A stretch of DNA of 64,000 bases from Candidatus Saccharimonadota bacterium (GTDB taxonomy: Bacteria; Patescibacteriota; Saccharimonadia; Saccharimonadales; OFTM59): positions 18,312 through 82,311 of the forward strand of contig JAJDCK010000004.1 in assembly GCA_029260855.1 (NCBI GenBank). Reading direction: 5' to 3'. Shown piece by piece: positions 39,261 to 48,439 of the stretch. The number at the start of each line of letters is the position of its first letter. Position 1 is the first letter of the stretch. The notes under the pieces are model-generated. The model made no database searches, was not told the DNA's origin, and worked only from the letters and a program-made list of their open reading frames with translations. Made by a program: the position numbers and the translations under genes.

Positions 39261-39345
39261 ATAGAAAAGTTTAGTAAATATACTGATGAAAATTATAGGA
39301 CATAGTTACTTATAAAGCTTACCTTTATTATCGCTAGCGGTTATA

Positions 39346-40953
39346 ATGAGCTCCATGAGTTCTAATGCCCGGCTTGATGAAGAGACAAGCACACAGCGCC
39401 GTGCCCGAATATTGGGTCTAGACTATTATGACACTTCTGCTAACCAGAAGTTAATTTTTAAGAATCTTTTGAGCGTGCCCGAGATTACTGCTATGCGATC
39501 GATTCCTCTGGCTGTGGACCAGGGCAATATACTGTTCGGCGTAACCAACACCACATCGCAACAGAACATGGCTCATTTAAAACAGCGCTTTTTAGATCAA
39601 CGTGTGAATTTTTCCCTTATTTCTGAGGCGGGGTTTCGTGAATATATGCAGCTCTACAACCCACCCAAAGAAGTAGTGTACCAGGATATTACAATCAATA
39701 CCGCCGGTACAGACAAGCTGGTTCAGCAAGTATCGTTAACGCTCGAGCAGGTTAAAGCAGACGATATGCTGGCATATCTTGTCCAGCAAGCTCACCGTCT
39801 TGGTGCTTCTGACATACATATTGAAACCGGTAAAGAGAGCGTCCGCATTAGGCTTAGAATCGATGGCGTGCTGCACCATGTTGCACAGATTAGTAACGAA
39901 AAGTATCGCGTACTGATGGCGGTAATCGCAAGCGCCGGCAATGTATCAACTGCCGCCGACGATGCCCAGCAAGGCCACATAGCTCAAAAAGTTATTATGG
40001 CTGACGGCAAGGTTGTGGATGTAAATGTTCGCTTGGAGACAGTGCCCACCATAAACAGCATGGATGTTGTCATGCGTTTGTTTAACCTAGATCAAAACAT
40101 GTACGATCTTGATCGGCTTGGCTTATCGAAAGAAGAAAGAACGATAGTTGACAGTATTATTTCTCGCCCTAGCGGCCTGGTGCTTGCTGTAGGTCCTACA
40201 GGCTCAGGTAAGACCACTACGCTTTATTCAATGCTTAATTCGCTCAATACAACTGAACGAAAGATTATTACTATTGAGGACCCAGTTGAGTATCAGTTTG
40301 CTGGAATCACTCAAGTATCTGTGACATCAAAGAACAGTCAAGAAACTAACTTTGCCGATAGACTTAGGGCTATTTTGCGACTTGACCCAGACATTGTGAT
40401 GGTCGGAGAGATTCGCGATATGGACACAGCAAAAACTGCCCTGCAAGCTTCACTTACAGGGCACTTGGTCCTGTCTACATTCCATGCCAGTTCGGCGGCT
40501 GCTGCGCTGACTCGTTTGATGGATGTTATAGAGCAGAACCCCTTGTTTGTGTCTGCGATCAGGTTGGTTATGGCGCAGCGTTTAGTTAGGCGGCTCTCAG
40601 ACGATACTAAACAGCCATATCAACCAAGCCAAGAGGAGCTTCATCATATCCACGCGATACTTGATTCTCTTCCAAGCAACATACAAAAACCTGATCTTAG
40701 TAACTTACAGCTTTATAAGCCCGGGAGTTCAGAAGAAAACCCGTACGGCTATCGTGGACAGATTGCGCTACGCGAGCAATTTATTATGACTGGCGAAATT
40801 CGCCAATTACTTGAGCGTGGAGGGGTCGTGTCGGCCCAGCAAATTGAAGAAGCGGCAATTCAAAGTGGCATGCGCACCATCCTCCAAGACGGCATGCTCA
40901 AAGTTTGTTCTGGCGAAACAACCATAGAAGAAGTCTACCGAGTTATCGGCTAG
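39346..40953 (+). CDS. pilB: type II secretion / type IV pilus assembly ATPase (GspE/PilB family)
   Basis: T2SSE N-terminal domain, Walker A LAVGPTGSGKTTTLYS, Asp box, Walker B, His box. Confidence 0.8.
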   Translation: MSSMSSNARLDEETSTQRRARILGLDYYDTSANQKLIFKNLLSVPEITAMRSIPLAVDQGNILFGVTNTTSQQNMAHLKQRFLDQRVNFSLISEAGFREYMQLYNPPKEVVYQDITINTAGTDKLVQQVSLTLEQVKADDMLAYLVQQAHRLGASDIHIETGKESVRIRLRIDGVLHHVAQISNEKYRVLMAVIASAGNVSTAADDAQQGHIAQKVIMADGKVVDVNVRLETVPTINSMDVVMRLFNLDQNMYDLDRLGLSKEERTIVDSIISRPSGLVLAVGPTGSGKTTTLYSMLNSLNTTERKIITIEDPVEYQFAGITQVSVTSKNSQETNFADRLRAILRLDPDIVMVGEIRDMDTAKTALQASLTGHLVLSTFHASSAAAALTRLMDVIEQNPLFVSAIRLVMAQRLVRRLSDDTKQPYQPSQEELHHIHAILDSLPSNIQKPDLSNLQLYKPGSSEENPYGYRGQIALREQFIMTGEIRQLLERGGVVSAQQIEEAAIQSGMRTILQDGMLKVCSGETTIEEVYRVIG

Positions 40954-42083
40954 AGGATAACCTTCGCGATTGAGGGAACTAGACGGTCGTCTAATACGCT
41001 CGGGACAATCAGCTCAGTGGTTGGATTCTCTACAAGGCTTGCTATGGCTTCGGCGGCTGCAATTTTATGCTCGTCTGTGATGGCTGTAATCCCATTATCT
41101 AAAGCGCCACGGAAAATTCCTGGAAAGGCTAGTGCATTATTGATTTGATTAGGAAAATCACTGCGTCCTGTGGCGACTATAAATGCTCCGGCAGCTTTTG
41201 CTTCATAAGGCATAATTTCTGGAGCGGGATTCGCCATGGCAAAAACAATAGGCCTATCTTGCATTGTTTGGATCATGTCTTTAGTAAGGATGCCAGCTTG
41301 CGAAACACCGATAAAAATATGTGCGTCACGTACAGCATCTTCAAGTGTCCCCTCAAGGCCATGAGCATTAAATCTTAGTAAATTCTTTTTTTCGGTATTT
41401 AGGTCTTGACGTGCTGGGCCAATAATCCCCTTACTGTCCACCATTACTATATCGGTGGCTCCGTACAGCTCAAGCAGTGAAGCTATAGCCGTTCCTGCGG
41501 CCCCTGAGCCAACAATCGTTATCCGACATTCGGATATATTATAACGATCCCGTAACTTTAGAGCATTTATAATGCCGGCTAACACTACGATGGCTGTGCC
41601 ATGTTGATCATCATGAAAAACCGGAATATTAAGTTCGGCTTTTAGCCGTTCTTCAACCTCAAAACAAATCGGTGCGGCAATATCTTCAAGATTTATCCCG
41701 CCGAAACTGGGTGCAATTGCCTTAACCGCAGCCACTATTTCATCTGCACGGTGCACGTCTAAAATAATCGGAACCGCATCAATATCAGCGAAATGTTTGA
41801 ACAGCATGCATTTGCCCTCCATTACGGGCATAGCGCCATACGGCCCAATGTTACCCAGGCCAAGTACTGCAGAACCATCAGAAATAACTGCCACACAATT
41901 GTTGAGCCAAGTATAATCTCGTGCATTGTCTGGATGTGATGCGACGAATCTTGAAACCGCAGCAACCCCAGGCGTGTAATAAAGACTTAGCTTGTCTTTG
42001 GTGTCGGGAATATCTTTGAGCTGAATAGAAAGCTTGCCCTTGAGCTCTTTGTGCTTTTTGAGCGCCCTGTCATCATAATCCAT
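40950..42083 (-). CDS. NAD(P)-dependent malic enzyme (small type)
   Basis: LSLYYTPGVAAV..., GLGNIGPYGAMPVMEGK, dinucleotide-binding GSGAAGTAIA. Confidence 0.8.
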   Translation of the reverse strand: MDYDDRALKKHKELKGKLSIQLKDIPDTKDKLSLYYTPGVAAVSRFVASHPDNARDYTWLNNCVAVISDGSAVLGLGNIGPYGAMPVMEGKCMLFKHFADIDAVPIILDVHRADEIVAAVKAIAPSFGGINLEDIAAPICFEVEERLKAELNIPVFHDDQHGTAIVVLAGIINALKLRDRYNISECRITIVGSGAAGTAIASLLELYGATDIVMVDSKGIIGPARQDLNTEKKNLLRFNAHGLEGTLEDAVRDAHIFIGVSQAGILTKDMIQTMQDRPIVFAMANPAPEIMPYEAKAAGAFIVATGRSDFPNQINNALAFPGIFRGALDNGITAITDEHKIAAAEAIASLVENPTTELIVPSVLDDRLVPSIAKVIL

Positions 42084-42127
42084 TTAACTATTGTAACAGA
42101 GAAAGGAATAGTGTAGGATAGTTACTT

Positions 42128-42682
42128 ATGCAATCTCTCATTCAGAAAATTGAGGCAAAATACAAGAAGAGCCAAGTTGTCGATGTACAGTCTGGCGATA
42201 CTGTGAAGGTGCACCAAAAAATCCGTGAAGGCAATAAAGAGCGTGTTCAGATTTTTCAAGGCACTGTTATCCGTACCGACCGCAAAGGGAGCCATACTAG
42301 TCGTATTACTGTTCGCAGAATCGCTAGTGGTGTTGGTGTTGAAAAAAGTTTCCTCTTACACAGCCCCCTTATCCTGAAGGTTGAAGTTACTAAGCGCACA
42401 AAAGTCCGTCGAAATTATTTGACTTATATGCGTGAACGTACTGGAAAGTCAGCGCGCCTAGCAGGTGTTGATTTTGATCGTGAGGCAGTTAACACGATAC
42501 ATGATGCTAAGGCTGAAGCCGAAGAAGAAAAATTGAAAGAAGAAGTAGCAGTTGCCGCAGAGGCAGAAGCTGCTAAAAAAGCTGAAGAAGAAGCTAAGCT
42601 TGAGGCCAAAGCAGACGCTGCACTCGCAGCACATAATCCCGCGACCGAACAAACCGAACAAACCGAACAAAAATCTAAATAG
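42128..42682 (+). CDS. rplS: 50S ribosomal protein L19 with about 70-aa Ala/Glu/Lys-rich C-terminal extension
   Basis: L19 core ...VQIFQGTVIRTDRKG...RRIASGVGVEKSFLLHSPLI...; tail KAEAEEEKLKEE...TEQTEQTEQ containing a 9-bp x3 tandem repeat (accgaacaa) at 42642-42668. Confidence 0.8.
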   Translation: MQSLIQKIEAKYKKSQVVDVQSGDTVKVHQKIREGNKERVQIFQGTVIRTDRKGSHTSRITVRRIASGVGVEKSFLLHSPLILKVEVTKRTKVRRNYLTYMRERTGKSARLAGVDFDREAVNTIHDAKAEAEEEKLKEEVAVAAEAEAAKKAEEEAKLEAKADAALAAHNPATEQTEQTEQKSK

Positions 42683-42713
42683 TTACTTAGCGTAAAAAAG
42701 CTCTACCGAACAA

Positions 42714-43397
42714 TTAGGCCACTTCTTGTAAGCCTATTTGTAAAGCCGTTAGCTGCTTTCTGACTAGCTCTTGAACGTAAGGAGATTCTGGCGTTATTGG
42801 TTGCGTGTCAATAAGTTTTAGCTCAGAGCCCTGACCTGCTTTCACGCCAACAACAAGGTTTCTCACGCCATTAGTATCCGGTAAGCAGCTAGAACCCTCC
42901 GCAGCAGAGAATGATGCGTCCACGAACTCTTTTAAGGCGTCATCAATACCCGTGTGCGCGCGGCACAGCTGATCCAATGCGACAATATTGACATTAGGGT
43001 GACCCATAGTAAACAGTTCCAGACCTTGTAAAAATTCATAGTATGGTTGTCGCGTTTGAACGGCTTCTAGGCCGTCCCCTAGAGGGTGCCTGTCAACTGT
43101 AATAGTTTGTTCCAGCATAAAACTCCCTAAATGTAACTTTAACATAGCAAATTCATGAAGCTTCTTCTCAAGTACAAGTTGCTTTTGGTCCGGAGGCATG
43201 TTGATGCTTCTTCTGTGAACCTTGATTACCTCACTATCTTCCTGCTTCTTGTATACAGAAGATTCAACGCCAAAACCTAAATATTCTAAGCCATGGGGCG
43301 CAAGAACGGCTCGCCATGATACCGTGTGCCATTTTTGGATGTTCGGATGCGATATAATGAATTGCTTGAGCACCGGTACGTTTGATTGGGTTTGCAA
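42714..43397 (-). CDS. hypothetical protein, possible atypical protein-kinase-like fold
   Basis: Gly-loop-like YLGFGVESSVYKK, downstream Lys (EVIKVH) and Glu (LEKKLHEF), DTNGVRNLVV about 130 aa later and LIDT about 24 aa after that; spacing fits a kinase-like fold. Confidence 0.3.
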   Translation of the reverse strand: MQTQSNVPVLKQFIISHPNIQKWHTVSWRAVLAPHGLEYLGFGVESSVYKKQEDSEVIKVHRRSINMPPDQKQLVLEKKLHEFAMLKLHLGSFMLEQTITVDRHPLGDGLEAVQTRQPYYEFLQGLELFTMGHPNVNIVALDQLCRAHTGIDDALKEFVDASFSAAEGSSCLPDTNGVRNLVVGVKAGQGSELKLIDTQPITPESPYVQELVRKQLTALQIGLQEVA

Positions 43398-43516
43398 TTT
43401 CCCCTATATGGCGCTGACGCTCAGCTTGCCAATTGTGGTTGAGAGTGCTGGCAAAACTAAACTCAAGCATACGTGCTACAGTTAACATGACTATATATTG
43501 TAACGGAAGATGCAAA

Positions 43517-44080
43517 ATGCAAGTAGTTGGAGTGGATGAGGTGGGTCGTGGTTGTTGGGCGGGACCACTGGTAGCTGCAGCCGTAATTCTTAAGAATCCG
43601 ATTAACGGGCTGAAAGATTCTAAGCTGCTTAGTAAAAAACAGCGAGAAAAACTTGCTGAGGATATATGGAGCATTGGCGACGTATCGCTCGGCTGGGTGC
43701 CTGCTGGAGCAGTTGATAACATTGGCCTTACTTCGGCTACTGGGCTTGCAATGCAACGAGCAATTGACGGCATAAAGTCAGACTACGACAAGATAATTAT
43801 TGACGGCAAATTAAATTTTCTCCCGGAGAATCCAAAATCAATAGCTATAATAAAAGCTGATATGAACGTCCAGTGTGTGAGTGCTGCAAGCATTGTCGCT
43901 AAAGTTGCAAGGGACCAGTACATGTGCAGTATGTCATTAACTTATCCTGAATATGGCTTTGATAAGCATGTGGGGTATGGCACGGCTCACCATCACTCTA
44001 TGCTTAAACTGTATGGTGTCTGTGACTTACATCGTCTATCGTACAAACCACTTAAAGATTTATTGGGAGCCAATGTCTAA
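43517..44080 (+). CDS. rnhB: ribonuclease HII
   Basis: VVGVDEVGRGCWAGPLVAAAVIL catalytic DEVGRG motif; start at MQVVG. Confidence 0.85.
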   Translation: MQVVGVDEVGRGCWAGPLVAAAVILKNPINGLKDSKLLSKKQREKLAEDIWSIGDVSLGWVPAGAVDNIGLTSATGLAMQRAIDGIKSDYDKIIIDGKLNFLPENPKSIAIIKADMNVQCVSAASIVAKVARDQYMCSMSLTYPEYGFDKHVGYGTAHHHSMLKLYGVCDLHRLSYKPLKDLLGANV

Positions 44081-44405
44081 TTATTCAGCAGGTCATAACG
44101 CAGAAGTAACAGCTGCGGATTATCTTGAGCGTTTGGGCTTTAAGATTTTACAGCTCAACTGGAAGACGCGTTATTGCGAAATTGATATTGTAGCAGTGAA
44201 AAGTAAGGCCATTTATTTCGTAGAAGTTAAGTATCGAAACAATGATAAACAAGGCCATGGTTTGGACTACATTACGGTTGGTAAACTTCGTAGGATGACA
44301 TTTGCAGCTGAAATGTGGGTTAATACGAATCAATGGGATGGTGAGTACCAGTTAGCTGCAATAGGTATCGACGGTGACGACATAACATTTGTAGATGATA
44401 TATGA
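44073..44405 (+). CDS. yraN: YraN-family (UPF0102) endonuclease
   Basis: AEVTAADYLERLGFKILQLNWKTRYCEIDIVAV...YFVEVKYR; overlaps the rnhB stop, the canonical rnhB-yraN pair. Confidence 0.75.
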   Translation: MSNYSAGHNAEVTAADYLERLGFKILQLNWKTRYCEIDIVAVKSKAIYFVEVKYRNNDKQGHGLDYITVGKLRRMTFAAEMWVNTNQWDGEYQLAAIGIDGDDITFVDDI

Positions 44406-44409
44406 GCTA

Positions 44410-46989
44410 TTAGCTGGCGCGACTTTTTAAGTACCTTTGAACCAGCTCATTGTCGCGTTCTAGCCATTCAATACGCGTACTTAACTCTTCTATACCCATA
44501 ACGACATTACGGCCTAACGCAGGATGTGATTTGTACGGGCCAAAAAACTTAACATATTCATCTAAACGAATTCGTGTGTTTAAAGAGCTGGCGGCATAGC
44601 GCGGGAAAGAGTCGTACGACTTATCACCGCCAAAAGTTTTTTCAATCCACTGCCAATTGTCACGCATCCAGTTCCATGCTTGCTCCTGTGCGTGCCGATT
44701 GCGCATAAGGTACGCCAGCCAATGATCTACATCATGCAGACGTACTTTTTTGTTGTCCTTAAGCCTGGCCAGGAGTACTTTAATCTCTGCCTCAGTTTTA
44801 GTAGTTGTCAGTGCGGACATTATGTCTTGCTTGAGGTTTACATTGTTGGTGTTCTCTTCAATACCAAGTAAATAATCAAACGCTCCAGTGATTGTGTTGC
44901 GGATAGCGGCCGCAAATATTGTGCTTCGTAGCTCGGCAGGTACCTTGAAACTGTCATTCTTATAGATTTCAAAAAGCTCAATCGCATGGTCGGTGATTGC
45001 TTCATGCTCGGCATAAACACCAAGGCTTATTATGGTTGCCCGCAGCTTCGTATCTTGGACAAATTCTCCAGGGCGTTCCTGCCATCCTAGCCGCTGGAAC
45101 TGTGGCTCAACCAGTGTGCGGATAAGTCCTTTTATCTGATCTTCAACTGTCTGGGCTGAATCAATAAAGCGTCTTAGGTCGGCCAGGATAAGCGAGATGA
45201 TACCCCAAACAGGTTCACTGTCTTCGTTAAGATAATGCTCGAGTAACTGAAGGGTTGTGGCAAATGGCTGAATGCCTCCACGCGCAAGCATCGCACTGTC
45301 ACTTAAGAGCATAAGTCTTTCTGCTTCGCTCAGTTGTTGTGTGTCTATGAGGCTAGCGACTGCCTGGGCATGAACTGGCTCTTGATAATTCACTATGTAA
45401 TGTCCGACAGCACCCTTATTAAGACGGACGAAATCATCAGAAGCAACTGTTATTGTATTGCTCTGGCTGCTAAACAACGGCAGGACGTTTTCGTCGTCAC
45501 AAAGCGTGGGCACCGGCCACAGGCGCAAGCGATCTGCCTTTCTAGGGTCTAGCGTAAAGTGTGCCTGACTTATCCTCAGCTCATTTCCGGTCTGACCTAC
45601 GTTAACCACCGGGAACCCAGCACGGGTCAGCCACGGGTTCATGAATGCCTTGACGTCCTTGCCACTTGCCCTGCCGAGAGAGTCCCATAAATCATCACCG
45701 GTAGTATTTTTGTACGCATAGCGAGTGAAATAATTCTTTAATCCTGACTTAAATTCATTTTCATCTAAGTAATTCATCAGCATGTTAAGCAAGCGACTAC
45801 CCTTGGCGTAAACAATCGACGGATCAAATAATGTTGATATCTCATCCGGGTGATTAACTGCTGTCTTGACTGCTTGTACGCCGGCAATGGCATCACGTCG
45901 AAAAGCCGATAAGCCCTCGGAGCTTGTGAATGTATCCCAAACGCGCCAATCAGGATACAGCGAATCGGCGGCTACATACTCCATGACGTTAGCAAAACTT
46001 TCGTTTAGCCACAGATCGTCCCACCACTTCATTGTTACTAGGTTGCCGAACCACTGGTGAGATAATTCGTGCAAGCAGACCATCGCAGCTGTCTCGCGAT
46101 TGTTGTGTGACGCTGTTTTTGGGTCAATCAAGAGAATCGACTCACGGTATGTAATTAGCCCCCAGTTTTCCATTGCTCCAGCCGAGAAATCAGGTATGGC
46201 TATATTGTCACATTTTGGCAACGGGTAAGGCACTCCGTAGTATTCGTTAAAAAATTCAATGCCGTCTTTGATAACATTCAAGGCATAGTCCAGCGAAGCT
46301 AATGAGTGTGCTTTTGTAGACCAGGTCCTGACAAGTACCCCGTCCTTGGTTTTTGTCTCCCGGTGCTGTAGGTCGCCATAAACGAAAGCCAGGAGATATG
46401 TCGACATCAAGGGTGTGGTGTCAAATGCGGTTATGAGTCTATCACCTTTTTTTGATTGAGATTTTATGGGCATGTTGCCAATCACAGCCTTTCCTGATGG
46501 AGTAGCCAGCTTAAAGTCAAATGTCGCTTTCGCCTCAGGCTCGTCGATCCCAGGGAATGCTTCACGTGAATGATGGCTTTCAAATTGGGTGGATATAACA
46601 ATTTGGTTTTTGCCGCTAATCTGATAATTCGAGATATAAATGCCGTGCATAGCATCTTGGATTTTTCCATTAAAATTCATGCTAACCGAGTATGTACCTG
46701 GGTAAATCATTTCCGCTGCATGTAAACGGACCTCGTCATATGAACCATGATGATTGATGCGATCCAGAGTTATATCTTGATTCCCGTTTTTGCCAAGCTT
46801 GACTATGGAGGCCGATGTAATTGTCAGGCCGTGTTGATGAAATGATATTCGCTTGGACGGCGGGCCAACCTTTTTGCCGGTAATAACCACCTTGCCCGTA
46901 AACTTCATATCGTCAGGGCTTAAATCAAGCTCAAGTGTATAGTGGCTCGGTTGAAATTGTTTATAAAGTCGCGTAACACTATTTCCCAT
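44410..46989 (-). CDS. pepN: aminopeptidase N (M1 family zinc metallopeptidase)
   Basis: GAMENWG, HELSHQWFGNLVTMKWWDDLWLNESFA (HExxH-x18-E), 859 aa. Confidence 0.85.
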   Translation of the reverse strand: MGNSVTRLYKQFQPSHYTLELDLSPDDMKFTGKVVITGKKVGPPSKRISFHQHGLTITSASIVKLGKNGNQDITLDRINHHGSYDEVRLHAAEMIYPGTYSVSMNFNGKIQDAMHGIYISNYQISGKNQIVISTQFESHHSREAFPGIDEPEAKATFDFKLATPSGKAVIGNMPIKSQSKKGDRLITAFDTTPLMSTYLLAFVYGDLQHRETKTKDGVLVRTWSTKAHSLASLDYALNVIKDGIEFFNEYYGVPYPLPKCDNIAIPDFSAGAMENWGLITYRESILLIDPKTASHNNRETAAMVCLHELSHQWFGNLVTMKWWDDLWLNESFANVMEYVAADSLYPDWRVWDTFTSSEGLSAFRRDAIAGVQAVKTAVNHPDEISTLFDPSIVYAKGSRLLNMLMNYLDENEFKSGLKNYFTRYAYKNTTGDDLWDSLGRASGKDVKAFMNPWLTRAGFPVVNVGQTGNELRISQAHFTLDPRKADRLRLWPVPTLCDDENVLPLFSSQSNTITVASDDFVRLNKGAVGHYIVNYQEPVHAQAVASLIDTQQLSEAERLMLLSDSAMLARGGIQPFATTLQLLEHYLNEDSEPVWGIISLILADLRRFIDSAQTVEDQIKGLIRTLVEPQFQRLGWQERPGEFVQDTKLRATIISLGVYAEHEAITDHAIELFEIYKNDSFKVPAELRSTIFAAAIRNTITGAFDYLLGIEENTNNVNLKQDIMSALTTTKTEAEIKVLLARLKDNKKVRLHDVDHWLAYLMRNRHAQEQAWNWMRDNWQWIEKTFGGDKSYDSFPRYAASSLNTRIRLDEYVKFFGPYKSHPALGRNVVMGIEELSTRIEWLERDNELVQRYLKSRAS

Positions 46990-47051
46990 AGCCCTCTATT
47001 GTAGCATTGACTCTGAGTAGCTAAGAATGTAAACTTATAAGGTAGTAGTCG

Positions 47052-47071
47052 GCCGGCAGGTCGGCTTTTTT
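47052..47071 (+). terminator. terminator-like hairpin GCCGG-cagg-TCGGC followed by T6 in the nusA leader
   Basis: Seen in sequence; 5-bp GC-rich stem (one G-U), tetraloop, T-tract at 47066-47071, about 30 nt upstream of the nusA ATG. Confidence 0.3.
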
Positions 47072-47101
47072 AATAGAGTTATTACTAGCAAGGAGACAGT
47101 T

Positions 47102-48265
47102 ATGGATTTAGACATGAAACAGCTCGCAGTTGCTATCAAGACAATTGCCGAGGAAAAGAACCTACCCGAGGAGTCGGTAAAGGAGGTTGTTGAGCAAGCC
47201 TTAGCAGCCGCATACAGACGCGACTACGGGGATCGCGAGCAAGAAGTTCGCGTAAGTATGAACCTTATTACGGGTGACTTAACAGCGTATATACCGAAAG
47301 AGGTTGTTCAGTCTGTGGAAGATCAGAGTTTTGAAATCAGCCTAAATGATGCCTCCGTCATGAAAAAAAACGTAAAAGTTGGTGACACTATCGAGGTAGA
47401 ACAGAAAATTGAAGACTTTGGACGCGTTGCTGCTCAGACTGCCAAACAAGTTATTCTACAAAGACTCAGAGAGGCTGAGCGAGAAATTATAATGAATGAG
47501 TACGAAGATAAAATAGGTACATTAATAAATGGCATCGTAGCGCGGGTTGAGGGCAATATTGTGCGTATTGACCTTGGCAAAGCACAGGGAATAATGCCTC
47601 GTAGTGAGCAAATACAAGGTGAAAGATACTTTCCTGGACAGCGACTTAAAGTTTTTCTCAAGGACGTAGAACGCGGGTTTCGCGGCCCACAGTTAGTAGT
47701 ATCACGCGGCAACTCACAATTTATTGAATGGCTCTTTCGTGCTGAGGTCCCTGAGATGGAAAGCGGAGCTGTCGAGATTAAGGGTCTTGCAAGAGAGGCC
47801 GGCGTGCGAACCAAACTGGCTGTTAATAGTACGGTTCAGGGAGTTGACCCTGTAGGTACTTTTGTTGGGGGTCATGGTACGCGAGTAAATGCAGTAATGA
47901 GCGAGACTGGTGAGCAGGAAAAGATCGATATAGTAGTCTGGAACGATGATCCAGCTACATATATCACCAGTGCACTAAGTCCGACACGCGTTTCAAAAGT
48001 AGAAATAGATGAAAAAAGTATGAAAGCAAGGGTAATAGTTCCCGAGGACCAGTTAAGTATAGCCATAGGTAAGGGTGGTCAAAATGTCCGTCTGGCTAGT
48101 AAGCTGACCGGCTACGAGATTGATATAGTAGGTGAATCTGATGCTGAGCCCGAGCCCGATAAGACGGAGGCCAAAACGGTTGTCCAAAAACTTAAGAAGA
48201 AGACTGAACTTGAGAGTTCGTTGCTAGAGGCAATCGAGCAACATGGCACCGATCATAAAGAATAG
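47102..48265 (+). CDS. nusA: transcription termination/antitermination factor NusA
   Basis: N-terminal domain, S1 domain, two KH domains (GKGGQNVRLASKLTG). Confidence 0.85.
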   Translation: MDLDMKQLAVAIKTIAEEKNLPEESVKEVVEQALAAAYRRDYGDREQEVRVSMNLITGDLTAYIPKEVVQSVEDQSFEISLNDASVMKKNVKVGDTIEVEQKIEDFGRVAAQTAKQVILQRLREAEREIIMNEYEDKIGTLINGIVARVEGNIVRIDLGKAQGIMPRSEQIQGERYFPGQRLKVFLKDVERGFRGPQLVVSRGNSQFIEWLFRAEVPEMESGAVEIKGLAREAGVRTKLAVNSTVQGVDPVGTFVGGHGTRVNAVMSETGEQEKIDIVVWNDDPATYITSALSPTRVSKVEIDEKSMKARVIVPEDQLSIAIGKGGQNVRLASKLTGYEIDIVGESDAEPEPDKTEAKTVVQKLKKKTELESSLLEAIEQHGTDHKE

Positions 48266-48344
48266 GCTAACAGTCACTTAAACGACCGTGTCCGACTCAA
48301 CGAATACGCCAAAGCATTTTTGCTACAGAACGGATCCCAAATAA

Positions 48345-48371
48345 TTAGCACTCTTGACCTCGGAGTGCCAA
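48345..48371 (+). promoter_or_regulatory. CIRCE element (HrcA operator) TTAGCACTC-N9-GAGTGCCAA
   Basis: Seen directly; consensus is TTAGCACTC-N9-GAGTGCTAA, one mismatch. Overlaps the -35 (TTGACC, 48354-48359) of a TTGACC-16-TATTAT promoter whose -10 is at 48376-48381, about 60 nt upstream of clpC. Confidence 0.6.
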
Positions 48372-48439
48372 GTGATATTATAGTGTTGGCGGTCGTTAAC
48401 ACCGCACAACTCTTCAATTAACGGGAGACATTCTGCTCA

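Noticed and set aside
39342-39357. TATAAT overlapping the annotated pilB ATG, implying a leaderless start at 39355
   Set aside because: Only a weak -35 (TTACCT); cannot distinguish from chance in AT-rich DNA without transcript mapping
48354-48371. CtsR operator (tandem GGTCAAA heptads) at the clpC promoter
   Set aside because: Only a single TTGACC is present. The element matches CIRCE far better
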